Source of the DNA: Candidatus Saccharimonadota bacterium
Lineage (GTDB): Bacteria > Patescibacteriota > Saccharimonadia > Saccharimonadales > JACDBH01
Direction: 5' to 3'
Length of the DNA: 64,000 nucleotides
Assembly: GCA_013694995.1 (NCBI GenBank)
Contig: JACDBH010000001.1
Span: 66,145-130,144 of the forward strand
Part shown: piece after piece, positions 39,894-48,719 of the stretch
Position numbering within the stretch: position 1 is the stretch's first letter
Layout of the letters: each line of letters begins with the position of its first letter
Made by a program: the position numbers and the translations under genes
Notes under the pieces: generated by a model
Told to the model about the DNA's origin: nothing
Database searches by the model: none
The model's input: the letters and a program-made list of their open reading frames with translations, nothing else

Positions 39894-39925
39894 GCCTAGT
39901 TTATTAATATTAAGGAGAATGATTT

Positions 39926-41764
39926 ATGGAAAACAAAGATGATTTATATCCAATGCGGCATTCTTTAGCACATATTATGGCAGCGGCTATAAGGCGCCAG
40001 CACGAAGAGGTCAAGCTAGGTATCGGCCCGGTTGTTGAGCATGGGTTTTATTATGATATTGATCTAGATAACAAGAAGTTATCTGAGACAGATTTTCCCG
40101 CAATCGAAGAAGAAATGCGTAAAATTATATCTGAGGATCAACCGTTTGAGCGGAATATGAAGAGTATTGAGGAAGCTGTTAACTGGTCGAAAGAAAGCAA
40201 TCAGCCGTACAAAGAGGAACTCTTGAATGATTTGAAGCGGGCGGGGACTACAGTTGCTAAAGATCTAAGCCCAGATGAATTTGGGACTATCACCGAAGGT
40301 AATACGCTAGTAGACGAAGTTTCTTTCTATACGAATGGTGATTTTACTGATTTATGTCGTGGGCCACATGTCAGCTCAACTAAGAAAGTTGGGGCATTCA
40401 AATTAATGCGGATTGCCGGAGCCTATTGGCGGAGCAAAGAGGGTAATCCTCAGATGCAGAGGATTTACGGCGTAGCTTTTGCAACTCAGAAGGAGCTAGA
40501 AGAATATATGAGTATGCTCGAAGAGGCCAAAAAGCGTGACCATCGTAAATTAGGACAGGAACTGGATCTATTTATCTTCTCTGAAATGGTAGGTTCTGGC
40601 TTACCATTATTCACGCCTCGGGGGACAGTCTTAAGAGAGGAGCTAACAGCATTTTCTAATGAGCTGCGTCAATCAAAAGGCTTTTCCAAGGTGTGGGTGC
40701 CGCATATGACCAAAAGTGACCTATATAAGGCTAGCGGTCACTGGGATAAATTTGGAGACGAGCTTTTCTTAGTTAAAAGCCAGGAAACTAGCGATGAACT
40801 GGTATTAAAACCCATGAACTGCCCGCACCACACCAGGATTTATGCCTCCAAGCAGAGAAGCTACCGTGATTTGCCGATTCGCTACCTCGAAACCACTACT
40901 ATATATAGAGATGAAAAGACCGGCGAACTCGGAGGCCTGAACCGGGTTCGTTCAGCTACACAAGATGACAGTCATGTTTTTTGCCGGCCCGATCAGATCG
41001 AGGACGAGATACGTAGTTTGCTTGAATCAGCAAGAGAGCTATATGAGGCCGTTGGCATGAGTCTCAGGGTGCGACTTTCCTATCGAGATGAGAGCAATGC
41101 ATATTTAGGGTCGGAAGAACTGTGGCAACGAGCACAACAACAGTTAAAGTCAGCCGTAGAATCCAATAGCTTAGAATACTTTGAAATGAATGGTGAAGCA
41201 GCCTTTTATGGCCCAAAAATCGACTTCATGGTTACTGATGCCATAGGGCGAGAGCATCAGTTAGCTACTGTGCAGTTAGATTTTGTCCAGCCTGAGAGGT
41301 TCGGCCTTTTTTATATAGATACAGATGGCAGTGAGCAGCAACCTGTCATGATCCACTGCGCACTCTTAGGTTCGATAGAACGCTTCTTATCAGTCTATAT
41401 AGAGCACACGGCAGGCAAATTCCCGGTCTGGGTTGCACCAGAACAAGTGCGGGTTGCGAGTGTTAATCAAGAAGAGAAAACACTTGAGTTTGTGGCAGAA
41501 ATTCTTAGTAAAGCCCAAAAACTAGGGTTACGAATTGGTTGTGATAATAACAATGAGTCAGTAGGCAAAAAAATCCGTCTAGCAGAAAACATGAAAGTTC
41601 CATATACGATTGTAATAGGCGAAAAGGAAATAGAAACAGGGGAAGTGACCCCTCGCATCCGCAAAGATATGGAGGTCCAATCGCCTAGCTCCATCAGTAT
41701 TGATAACTTCTTCCAAACAGTCGCTAATGAAGCAAAATCCCGGGTCAGTAAGTCCAGCCTATGA
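39926..41764 (+). CDS. thrS: Threonine--tRNA ligase
   Basis: RHSLAH, DLCRGPH, RDHRKLG, KPMNCP, AAFYGPKID, GSIERF. Confidence 0.98.
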   Translation: MENKDDLYPMRHSLAHIMAAAIRRQHEEVKLGIGPVVEHGFYYDIDLDNKKLSETDFPAIEEEMRKIISEDQPFERNMKSIEEAVNWSKESNQPYKEELLNDLKRAGTTVAKDLSPDEFGTITEGNTLVDEVSFYTNGDFTDLCRGPHVSSTKKVGAFKLMRIAGAYWRSKEGNPQMQRIYGVAFATQKELEEYMSMLEEAKKRDHRKLGQELDLFIFSEMVGSGLPLFTPRGTVLREELTAFSNELRQSKGFSKVWVPHMTKSDLYKASGHWDKFGDELFLVKSQETSDELVLKPMNCPHHTRIYASKQRSYRDLPIRYLETTTIYRDEKTGELGGLNRVRSATQDDSHVFCRPDQIEDEIRSLLESARELYEAVGMSLRVRLSYRDESNAYLGSEELWQRAQQQLKSAVESNSLEYFEMNGEAAFYGPKIDFMVTDAIGREHQLATVQLDFVQPERFGLFYIDTDGSEQQPVMIHCALLGSIERFLSVYIEHTAGKFPVWVAPEQVRVASVNQEEKTLEFVAEILSKAQKLGLRIGCDNNNESVGKKIRLAENMKVPYTIVIGEKEIETGEVTPRIRKDMEVQSPSSISIDNFFQTVANEAKSRVSKSSL

Positions 41765-42084
41765 CGGATAATAGTTTCCGCAACATGGTGGAAACGGTCG
41801 TCTCCCAGATCCCTAAAGGGAGGGTAATGACCTACGGGCAAATAGCAGCTTTATGCGGTAATGCCCGGGCGGCAAGAATAGTCGGTGGTATCGCTCACTT
41901 TGGTGATCCGACCCTACCATGGCAAAGAGTAGTTAATAAGCAAGGGGGCTTGGCCTCAGGCTATCCTGGTGGGCGGCTGGGTCACAAAGAGCATTTGGAA
42001 TCCGAAGGAGTTAAAGTGCATGGTACGGAAGGGAATTACCGGGTGGGTGTAAAGGAGTTGTTATGGTGCCCCCACAACTTGTAG
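41761..42084 (+). CDS. Alkyltransferase-like protein (MGMT family, catalytic Cys replaced by Trp)
   Basis: IPKGRVMTYGQIA, ARIVG, PWQRVV. Confidence 0.9.
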   Translation: MTDNSFRNMVETVVSQIPKGRVMTYGQIAALCGNARAARIVGGIAHFGDPTLPWQRVVNKQGGLASGYPGGRLGHKEHLESEGVKVHGTEGNYRVGVKELLWCPHNL

Positions 42085-42929
42085 TAATAGTCGGCGAGAC
42101 AGCTAGTGGCAAAAGCGCTTTAGCGCTGGAAATTGCCAAGAAGTATAATGGTGAAATTATATGTGCTGACTCCAGAACTGTTTATAAAGGAATGGACATT
42201 GGAACGGCAAAGCCAAGCACACTTGAACGGTCAGAGGTAAAGCACCATTTACTGGATATATTAGAGCCAAGCGAGCCTTTTACAGCTGCGAATTTTAAAA
42301 ATCTTGCCAATAAGGCAATAGTGGACATAGTTTCGAAAGGCAAGCTGGCGATTATGGTCGGTGGGACTGGTTTATACATAGACGGAGTTATATTTAATTA
42401 TGCATTTTTACCCCCCGTGCCTACGGAAGAGCGGGAAACACTACAAAAGCTTAGCGTCGCACAATTACAAGAAATATTAAAAACAGAAAAAATACCGCTT
42501 CCATTAAATAAAAAAAATCCACGGCACCTAATAAGGGCGATTGAAACCAATGGCGCGATCGCAGTTAAAAATGGTTTAAGAAAAAACACGATTATTTTGG
42601 GTATTCGTAACAACAATCAATTATTGGAAGATACAATAATACAACGCACTAAAACCATGTTTGAACACGGTTTAGAGCGCGAAGTTCAAGATCTTGCTAA
42701 TAAGTATGGCTGGGACGCACCCGGTATGAGTGCAGTAGGGTATCATGAGTGGTTTACTTATTTTGTTCGTAAAAATGATTTAGACCAGACCAAGCAGTTA
42801 ATCCAGCAACACACTCTTCAGTATGCTAGAAGGCAACGCACTTGGTTCCGTAGAAACCCACATATAGCCTGGGTACAAAATAAACAAGAAGCTATACAAT
42901 TGGTAGAGACTTTTTTACAACATAAGTAG
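42063..42929 (+). CDS. miaA: tRNA dimethylallyltransferase
   Basis: GETASGKS, DSRTVYKGMDIGTAKP, VGGTGLY, YARRQRTWF. Confidence 0.97.
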   Translation: MVPPQLVVIVGETASGKSALALEIAKKYNGEIICADSRTVYKGMDIGTAKPSTLERSEVKHHLLDILEPSEPFTAANFKNLANKAIVDIVSKGKLAIMVGGTGLYIDGVIFNYAFLPPVPTEERETLQKLSVAQLQEILKTEKIPLPLNKKNPRHLIRAIETNGAIAVKNGLRKNTIILGIRNNNQLLEDTIIQRTKTMFEHGLEREVQDLANKYGWDAPGMSAVGYHEWFTYFVRKNDLDQTKQLIQQHTLQYARRQRTWFRRNPHIAWVQNKQEAIQLVETFLQHK

Positions 42930-42983
42930 ACATGAATTAATTAATTAACCCCTATTATTTGCAAAGTATGTTAAGCTATAAGC

Positions 42984-43598
42984 ATGGTTGAGCAACTATT
43001 TGGATCGAAGACTCGAGTCAAGCTACTGAGGTTGTTTTATAGCAATCCAAACCGTTCATTTTATGTTCGAGAAATAACTAGGAAGATAGACGAGCAAATA
43101 AATTCAGTAAGACGTGAGCTTTCCAACTTGCTCAGCATTGGCATCATTTCGTCCGATACCACAAACAATCGTTTGTATTATGAAGTCAATCAATCCTATG
43201 AGTTCTACCAGCCACTTGGGCTTATTTTCGGTGGTGTCGAATTACCAGCTGAGGCCAAGGATGAAGTCGCTCCGCCGCCAAAAGCCCAGTCTAAAGATCC
43301 GATGCTTGTAGAACTTTCACAAATCGGAAACATTGAACTGGCGATTTATACAGGCCAGTTCACCCGCGATGAAACCAGCGGTATTGATATGCTGATTGTA
43401 GGAGATGTGAATCAGACCAAGCTTCAGAAGTTCATGCAGCTGCTTGAAGAGCAGGAGAAGAAAGAAGTACGGTATGTTGTTATGGGTATCAGCGAGTTTA
43501 CGTATCGCCGTCAGGTAAAGGACCGCTTTATCACTACGGTCTTAGCGGCCAAGAATCAAGTATTAATAGATAAGAAACAGTTAGTAGAAGAGGAGTAG
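42984..43598 (+). CDS. Winged-helix protein with C-terminal nucleotidyltransferase-like domain
   Basis: LFGSKTRVKLL, FYVREITR, SVRREL..L; IDMLIVG. Confidence 0.75.
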   Translation: MVEQLFGSKTRVKLLRLFYSNPNRSFYVREITRKIDEQINSVRRELSNLLSIGIISSDTTNNRLYYEVNQSYEFYQPLGLIFGGVELPAEAKDEVAPPPKAQSKDPMLVELSQIGNIELAIYTGQFTRDETSGIDMLIVGDVNQTKLQKFMQLLEEQEKKEVRYVVMGISEFTYRRQVKDRFITTVLAAKNQVLIDKKQLVEEE

Positions 43599-43603
43599 GC
43601 AAC

Positions 43604-44227
43604 ATGGAGCTTCAATACTTTGGAGGCAATTGTATTAGTATATCAATGAAACAGGCAACTATTGTTATTGATGATAATCTTGAGGCGTTAGGCCTTAAGA
43701 GCGTCATGAAGCCGGATTCTATAGCTCTTTATACATCCGAGGTACCGGTGTTGTCGCAAGCCCGCCTTGTTATTTCCGACCCAGGCGAGTATGAAGTTTC
43801 GGGAATCTCTATCTTCGGTATCGCCGCTCGTGGCCATATGGATGAAACTGACAAGCAGACAGCTACTATATATAAGATACAGTTTGATGATTTACGAGTA
43901 GCAGTAATCGGCCACATCCATCCGGATCTGACCGAAGACCATCTGGAGGAGATTGGTACTATAGATATCCTTATAACCCCAGTCGGCGGTAACAGTTACA
44001 CTCTGGATGCGATAGGTGCATTACAAATAATTAAGAAAATAGAGCCGAAGCTAATCATACCGACCCATTATGATGACTCGAAGATTAAATATCCGGTTCC
44101 TCAGCAGTCGCTGGCTGAAGCGCTTAAAGGTTTGAGCATGGAACCAAAAGAAACCTTGGCGAAATTCAAACCTAAGCCCGCCGACTTTGGCGAAGCCGCC
44201 CAGCTTATCATTCTTGAACGCCAGTAA
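43604..44227 (+). CDS. Metallo-beta-lactamase-fold protein
   Basis: PGEYEV.GI, IDILITPVGG, IEPKLIIPTHY. Confidence 0.85.
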   Translation: MELQYFGGNCISISMKQATIVIDDNLEALGLKSVMKPDSIALYTSEVPVLSQARLVISDPGEYEVSGISIFGIAARGHMDETDKQTATIYKIQFDDLRVAVIGHIHPDLTEDHLEEIGTIDILITPVGGNSYTLDAIGALQIIKKIEPKLIIPTHYDDSKIKYPVPQQSLAEALKGLSMEPKETLAKFKPKPADFGEAAQLIILERQ

Positions 44228-44350
44228 GTACAGCTATTAGCTTATAGCTGAAAGTAAAAAAAAGAGCCACATGAGCCCGCTGGTTACTAAGAATTAATTG
44301 TTTGCATTTGCGAGTGTACCACAAGGCGCCAATGACTAACGATTCTTAGG

Positions 44351-44460
44351 TTAAGATTTTGGATGTAGCACGAGGCGGCAGTGAAGCATGGACTGAGCCG
44401 TATCTAAATACGGTGAAGGAACCCTGGAACTGGCAACGAAGTGAAACGCCAAAAGCTTAA
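44351..44460. repeat. Long imperfect palindrome (RPE-like family) at rpmB stop
   Basis: ttaag..ttttgg...ccaaaagcttaa ends; core gagccgtatctaaatacggtga. Confidence 0.8.
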
Positions 44461-44648
44461 ACCAAGAGGCCTTTTTTCTTGAGGGTGCGGATAGCTTGCG
44501 TACTAAGTTTCATAGTCACTTTTTTGCCATCAACGGTGAAAGTCTTGGTCTGCAGGTTAGGTTTCCAGACTTTTTGGGTATGGCGCTGCGAAAAGCTCAC
44601 GTTGTGGCCGTATTGTTTGCCTTTGCCGGTTAATTCACAGCGCTGCAT
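44457..44648 (-). CDS. rpmB: 50S ribosomal protein L28
   Basis: CELTGKG...GHNVSFS...T...WKPNLQ. Confidence 0.96.
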   Translation of the reverse strand: MQRCELTGKGKQYGHNVSFSQRHTQKVWKPNLQTKTFTVDGKKVTMKLSTQAIRTLKKKGLLV

Positions 44649-44754
44649 TTTAATCCTTACATTAGTTATATCGTTGATTCAGGGGGTAATTGTATCTGTT
44701 TTTGGGAAAAAGGTCAAGAGGTTAGAGCGGCTGGCTGGTATAATATTAGCTAAG

Positions 44755-45387
44755 ATGTTTGATAATTTATCGGCTGTTCAATTGCTCGTTGTATTCGGAT
44801 CATTACTGATTGGTATGACGGTGCATGAAGCTATGCATGCCTTTGCAGGCCATTGGTTGGGTGATTCTACAGCCTTTGAAGAAGGGCGTTTAACCTTAAA
44901 CCCATTAAAACACATCGATCTTTATACAACGGTTCTTTTGCCTATGATACTGATCCTTTTCGGTCTTCCACCGATATTTGCGGCTAAGCCAGTACCTTTC
45001 AACCCTAACCGTGTCCGTTATGACGAGTTTGGTGTTGCATTAGTAGGTTTAGCAGGGCCGTTCACTAATCTTGCCATGGCCTGTATTGCGGGCTTGATAT
45101 TCCGGCTGGTGCCGATTGCCAGCAATGGTATTTCGGATGCGTTGGTTATATTTACACTGATTAACGTCGGACTGTTCGTATTCAATATGATTCCATTCCC
45201 ACCACTGGATGGTTCTAGGTTACTCTACGCTTTTGCTCCCGAACCGTTGCAACGGGTTATGCGCTCGATTGAGGGGTTTGGGTTTGGAGCCATTCTGCTC
45301 TTTATATTCATTATCTATCAGTTCGTAGCACCGGTGGTGGGCGCAGTTATGGAAGGAATTTTGCGGATTATAGTAGGTATAGGCTAG
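44755..45387 (+). CDS. Site-2 protease (M50 family)
   Basis: HEAMH, GRLTLNPL.HID, AGPFTN, FNMIPFPPLDG. Confidence 0.95.
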   Translation: MFDNLSAVQLLVVFGSLLIGMTVHEAMHAFAGHWLGDSTAFEEGRLTLNPLKHIDLYTTVLLPMILILFGLPPIFAAKPVPFNPNRVRYDEFGVALVGLAGPFTNLAMACIAGLIFRLVPIASNGISDALVIFTLINVGLFVFNMIPFPPLDGSRLLYAFAPEPLQRVMRSIEGFGFGAILLFIFIIYQFVAPVVGAVMEGILRIIVGIG

Positions 45388-45389
45388 CC

Positions 45390-45560
45390 GGCAAGTCCTT
45401 GGGTATGAGACAATACCAGTAGGCTGGGAATAGCCAACTATATGATAATCTGAATACTTATCATATGGGAGCTCAAGATTTTTGCAGGCCGTGGCCGGCA
45501 AGTGCGAGCACCCACCTAGAGCTAAACACTCCAGGTTGTCAGTGTTGGCCCCAGCCCTAT
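45390..45560 (+). ncRNA. Candidate 6S-like RNA
   Basis: Rod closed by gctgggaatagccaac / gttggccccagc; GGGAGC and GCACCCACCT motifs. Confidence 0.3.
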
Positions 45561-45718
45561 GCATCACGCTAGCATCGTTTCGAGCAAAGCTCGAAGCCGA
45601 GCTAGCGTTTTTGGTGTTATGCGGCTGTTAAAGCCTGCGCTACTCCCTCACCGTATTTAAATATGGCTCGGTCCGTTGCTCATTTTAAAACCACTTAACA
45701 CCAAATGCATAGGGCTGG
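45551..45718. repeat. Compound palindrome containing an RPE-like element
   Basis: ccagccctatgcat/atgcatagggctgg 14-bp IR; core tcaccgtatttaaatatggctcgg. Confidence 0.8.
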
Positions 45719-45948
45719 ACGTCCGTGGTGTTTATAAGAGGTAGATACGGTATAATTGCATTTAGTTAATATTTTGACAGGATGTAGTTGAGGCTTATTG
45801 GGAAGAGCAGCCCGAGGTCTGTGGCTTTAACAATCAGCCAAACCAGACAGTTAGTTTGCCGTTTGGAGGATTGAGAAGAGGAACAGACCAAAAAGTAAAG
45901 CTTTGAAACTTTTGTTTCAAAACAAGCTAAAAGGTCGAGTTCCTACGA

Positions 45949-46024
45949 CAGGGTATAGCTTAGTTGGTAAAGCGCCGGGCTGGGGGTCCGGAGACCGGAG
46001 GTTCAAGTCCTCTTACCCTGACCA
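45949..46024 (+). tRNA. tRNA-Pro(GGG)
   Basis: Cloverleaf, ccggg-CT GGG GG-tccgg, CCA. Confidence 0.95.
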
Positions 46025-46192
46025 TGCAAAAGCCCGACCTTTGATTCTGAAATAACAGCAAGAACTTCTATTTCAGAATTTTATGGTCGGCTTTTGCTTT
46101 TTGAGGCCAAAGAATCTTCTTTTTGGCCGGTAAATTGAAGTGGCTCATCCAAGAACTGTTAACTGTTAGCTGTATACTGTAAAATATCCTTT

Positions 46193-46870
46193 ATGTGGAA
46201 AAAACAAAACAACCAGCTTTATAAAGAGTTTAGCTTCAAGGATTTTGATGCGGCCTTTGCTTTTATGGTGGAAGTTGCCAAAGTTGCGCAGCGGCTAAAC
46301 CACCATCCTCGTTGGTTGAACGAATGGAACAAGGTCCAGTTCTGGCTGTACAGCCACAGTGCAGGGGCTATTACGCCCCAAGATGAGGCCTTGGCGGGAG
46401 AAATCGATATGGTATTCGAGCACCAAAAACTAGCCGAACAAAACGCGCCATTACCAAAATTAAAAGAGATAAAAATCTTTGCTGATGGTGGCTCGAGAGG
46501 CAACCCCGGGCCCTCGGCTGGCGGCTATGTTATCTTGGATATGGACGATAATGTTGTAAAAAGAAACGGCAAGTATTTAGGCATTACAACCAATAACCAA
46601 GCCGAATACCATTCCATTAAAGGTGGCCTGGAAGCCGCTGTTGCCATGGGTGCTAAAGTAGCCCATGTCTATATGGACAGCATGCTGGTTGTTAATCAGA
46701 TGAAGGGCGTGTATAAGGTGAGAAATCGTGATTTGTGGCCGATTCATCAGGCTATTAAGACGCTTGTAACTTCTTTTGAACGCATTAACTTTACCCATGT
46801 GCCAAGGGAAATGAATAAACTAGCCGATGCTATGGTAAACGAGACGCTCGATTCGGTAAAAGATAAGTAA
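46193..46870 (+). CDS. rnhA: Fusion of pterin-4a-carbinolamine dehydratase-like domain and ribonuclease HI
   Basis: N-half FKDF..AF.FM, NHHP.W...WNKV, ITPQD..LA; C-half DGGSRGNPGP, TNNQAEY, DS.LVVNQ, HVPREMNKLAD. Confidence 0.9.
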   Translation: MWKKQNNQLYKEFSFKDFDAAFAFMVEVAKVAQRLNHHPRWLNEWNKVQFWLYSHSAGAITPQDEALAGEIDMVFEHQKLAEQNAPLPKLKEIKIFADGGSRGNPGPSAGGYVILDMDDNVVKRNGKYLGITTNNQAEYHSIKGGLEAAVAMGAKVAHVYMDSMLVVNQMKGVYKVRNRDLWPIHQAIKTLVTSFERINFTHVPREMNKLADAMVNETLDSVKDK

Positions 46871-46910
46871 CAAAATGACCGCCTATTTCAGGCGGCCATT
46901 ATGATGTAGG

Positions 46911-47513
46911 CCAGATGATCTATAAGCCGGGTTCTGTTTAGAACTAGCCCAGGCCTGCACATTTAGCAAATAGCAGGTCCAAGCTTCATGCTGTACCTAT
47001 CGTGCGTCAACATATCTTTAGATATGCCTCTTTACGATAAGTTCAACCTAAAACTCGTCAGCAACTATTTTGCTTTTTAATGTTCAGACCAGGGCCAGCT
47101 CCTGCTAATCATCTATCTAGGCTTAGGATTGCTCCTAAGCTCAAGCGGTTTTTGTTGACGAGCCCCGGCGGGAAACCTTGATGGGACTTATCTCCTTGCA
47201 GCGGACAGGGTTTACCTCTTCTACACGTCACCGTGCAGAACTGTGGGCTCTTACCCCACTCGTTTCATCCTTACCGTCAGCGCTCCGCCCTGACAAGTCG
47301 AAAGTTTGCAAAGTATAAAGTTTGAAAGTCATATGAATTTCAAACTTTAGGAACTTTTAACTTTTTAACTTGCCGGTGCGAAGCACGGCGGCGGTATCGT
47401 TTCTGTGGCACTTTCCCTGAGGTTACCCTCGGTTGCCGTTAACAACTGTCTTTCCCTACGCTGCCCGGACTTTCCTCTCGCGTATAAACGCGGGCGATTA
47501 GCCGAACATCTGA
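46911..47513 (-). ncRNA. rnpB: RNase P RNA with two large insertions
   Basis: GAGGAAAGTCCGGGC, GGAAAGTGCCACAGAAA, GGTAAACCC, ACAGAACCCGGCTTAT; TGnTATAAT upstream. Confidence 0.95.
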
Positions 47514-47549
47514 CAACCATATTATAGCATAAACAGATTAAAAAGGGAG

Positions 47550-47924
47550 TTATTTTTCAGCGGCTTTGACTTGGCTTACATCAGCGGAGGCTGAGTTGAC
47601 TACTGCAGTGAAAGCTGCTGGTTCGTTGACGGCCAGTTCGGCCAATACTTTTCGGTTGAGGTCGATATGAGTCCCTTTGAGGGCGGCGATAAGCTTGCTG
47701 TAAGTTGTGCCGTTTATGCGTGCAGCGGCATTAATACGAGCATTCCATAGAGAACGAAAAGTGCGCTTCTTGTTACGGCGGTCACGATAGGCGTGCTGCA
47801 GGCCTTTTACGACAGCCTGGCGGCCACGTTTGACACTTGAACGGTTGGGACGCGTCATCCCTTTAGTGGCGTGACGGATTTTCTGGTGGCGCTGGTGGGA
47901 TGTAACGCCTCTCTTAACGCGCAT
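47550..47924 (-). CDS. rplT: 50S ribosomal protein L20
   Basis: [39 protein letters not shown]. Confidence 0.97.
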   Translation of the reverse strand: MRVKRGVTSHQRHQKIRHATKGMTRPNRSSVKRGRQAVVKGLQHAYRDRRNKKRTFRSLWNARINAAARINGTTYSKLIAALKGTHIDLNRKVLAELAVNEPAAFTAVVNSASADVSQVKAAEK

Positions 47925-47926
47925 AG

Positions 47927-48121
47927 TTAGGCTCCTAGTTTCAGTTTAATATTCTTAGCTGATTTGCCGGTCATTTCTTGCAAGCCAGCAAAAGTCCGTT
48001 TGCGTGAAGCACTTTTCTTTTGTAGAAGGTGGTTACCAGATGCATGGCGCATCAGCACCTTGTCGTTCTTGGTAATCCGTACTCTTTTTTTGGTACCTTT
48101 ATGAGTTTTTAGTTTGGGCAT
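47927..48121 (-). CDS. rpmI: 50S ribosomal protein L35
   Basis: [23 protein letters not shown]. Confidence 0.96.
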   Translation of the reverse strand: MPKLKTHKGTKKRVRITKNDKVLMRHASGNHLLQKKSASRKRTFAGLQEMTGKSAKNIKLKLGA

Positions 48122-48629
48122 GGCTGTTACTCCTTATGACGAATATTAGCTGTTTACCGTTTAGTTGTGGTAGTTGATCAACATTTACCTTTTCCCCGAA
48201 GCTTTCAATCACTCTGTCAGCTAGTTTGAAACCGAGGTCGCGGTGTGCATTTTCCCGTCCCCGGTAGACTACTGCAATCTTTACTTTATGACCTTCGTCC
48301 AAAAACTCGGTAATCTTGCGAAGTTTGACGCCGAGGTCATGATCACTAATCTTCAGCCCAAAACGCATCTGCTTGACTTCAAAAGTCTTGGTGTTACGTT
48401 TGTTCTTCTGAAGCTGCTTAGTTTTCTGGTAATTGTACTTGCCCCAGTTAACAATTTTGGCGACCGGAGGGTTTGCTTCCGGTGAAATCTCAACCAGGTC
48501 AAGATCGGCAGATTCAGCGGCACGTAATGCTTCGACTCTAGACATAACTCCAAGCTGGCGGCCTTCCTCATCGATGACTCTCAGCTCAGGTGCCCGAATA
48601 GCTTCATTCAGGCGTGTGGTTTTGTTGAT
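48099..48629 (-). CDS. infC: Translation initiation factor IF-3, non-canonical ATC start
   Basis: RLNEAIRAPELRVI, DLVEISP.ANPPVAKI, GHKVK; ATC at 48629 after GAGGAG, in-frame TAG just upstream. Confidence 0.93.
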   Translation of the reverse strand: MNKTTRLNEAIRAPELRVIDEEGRQLGVMSRVEALRAAESADLDLVEISPEANPPVAKIVNWGKYNYQKTKQLQKNKRNTKTFEVKQMRFGLKISDHDLGVKLRKITEFLDEGHKVKIAVVYRGRENAHRDLGFKLADRVIESFGEKVNVDQLPQLNGKQLIFVIRSNSHAQTKNS

Positions 48630-48719
48630 AAACTACTTCTCCTCATTCATTGGTGAATTTGAGTAACATTCTAACAGATACCGTACCAGTGGTCAAGGTG
48701 CTAAAGTTATCCACCACCT

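Noticed and set aside
39680..39907. 75-aa ORF upstream of thrS
   Set aside because: Spans the T-box and a palindrome; no RBS or recognisable domain
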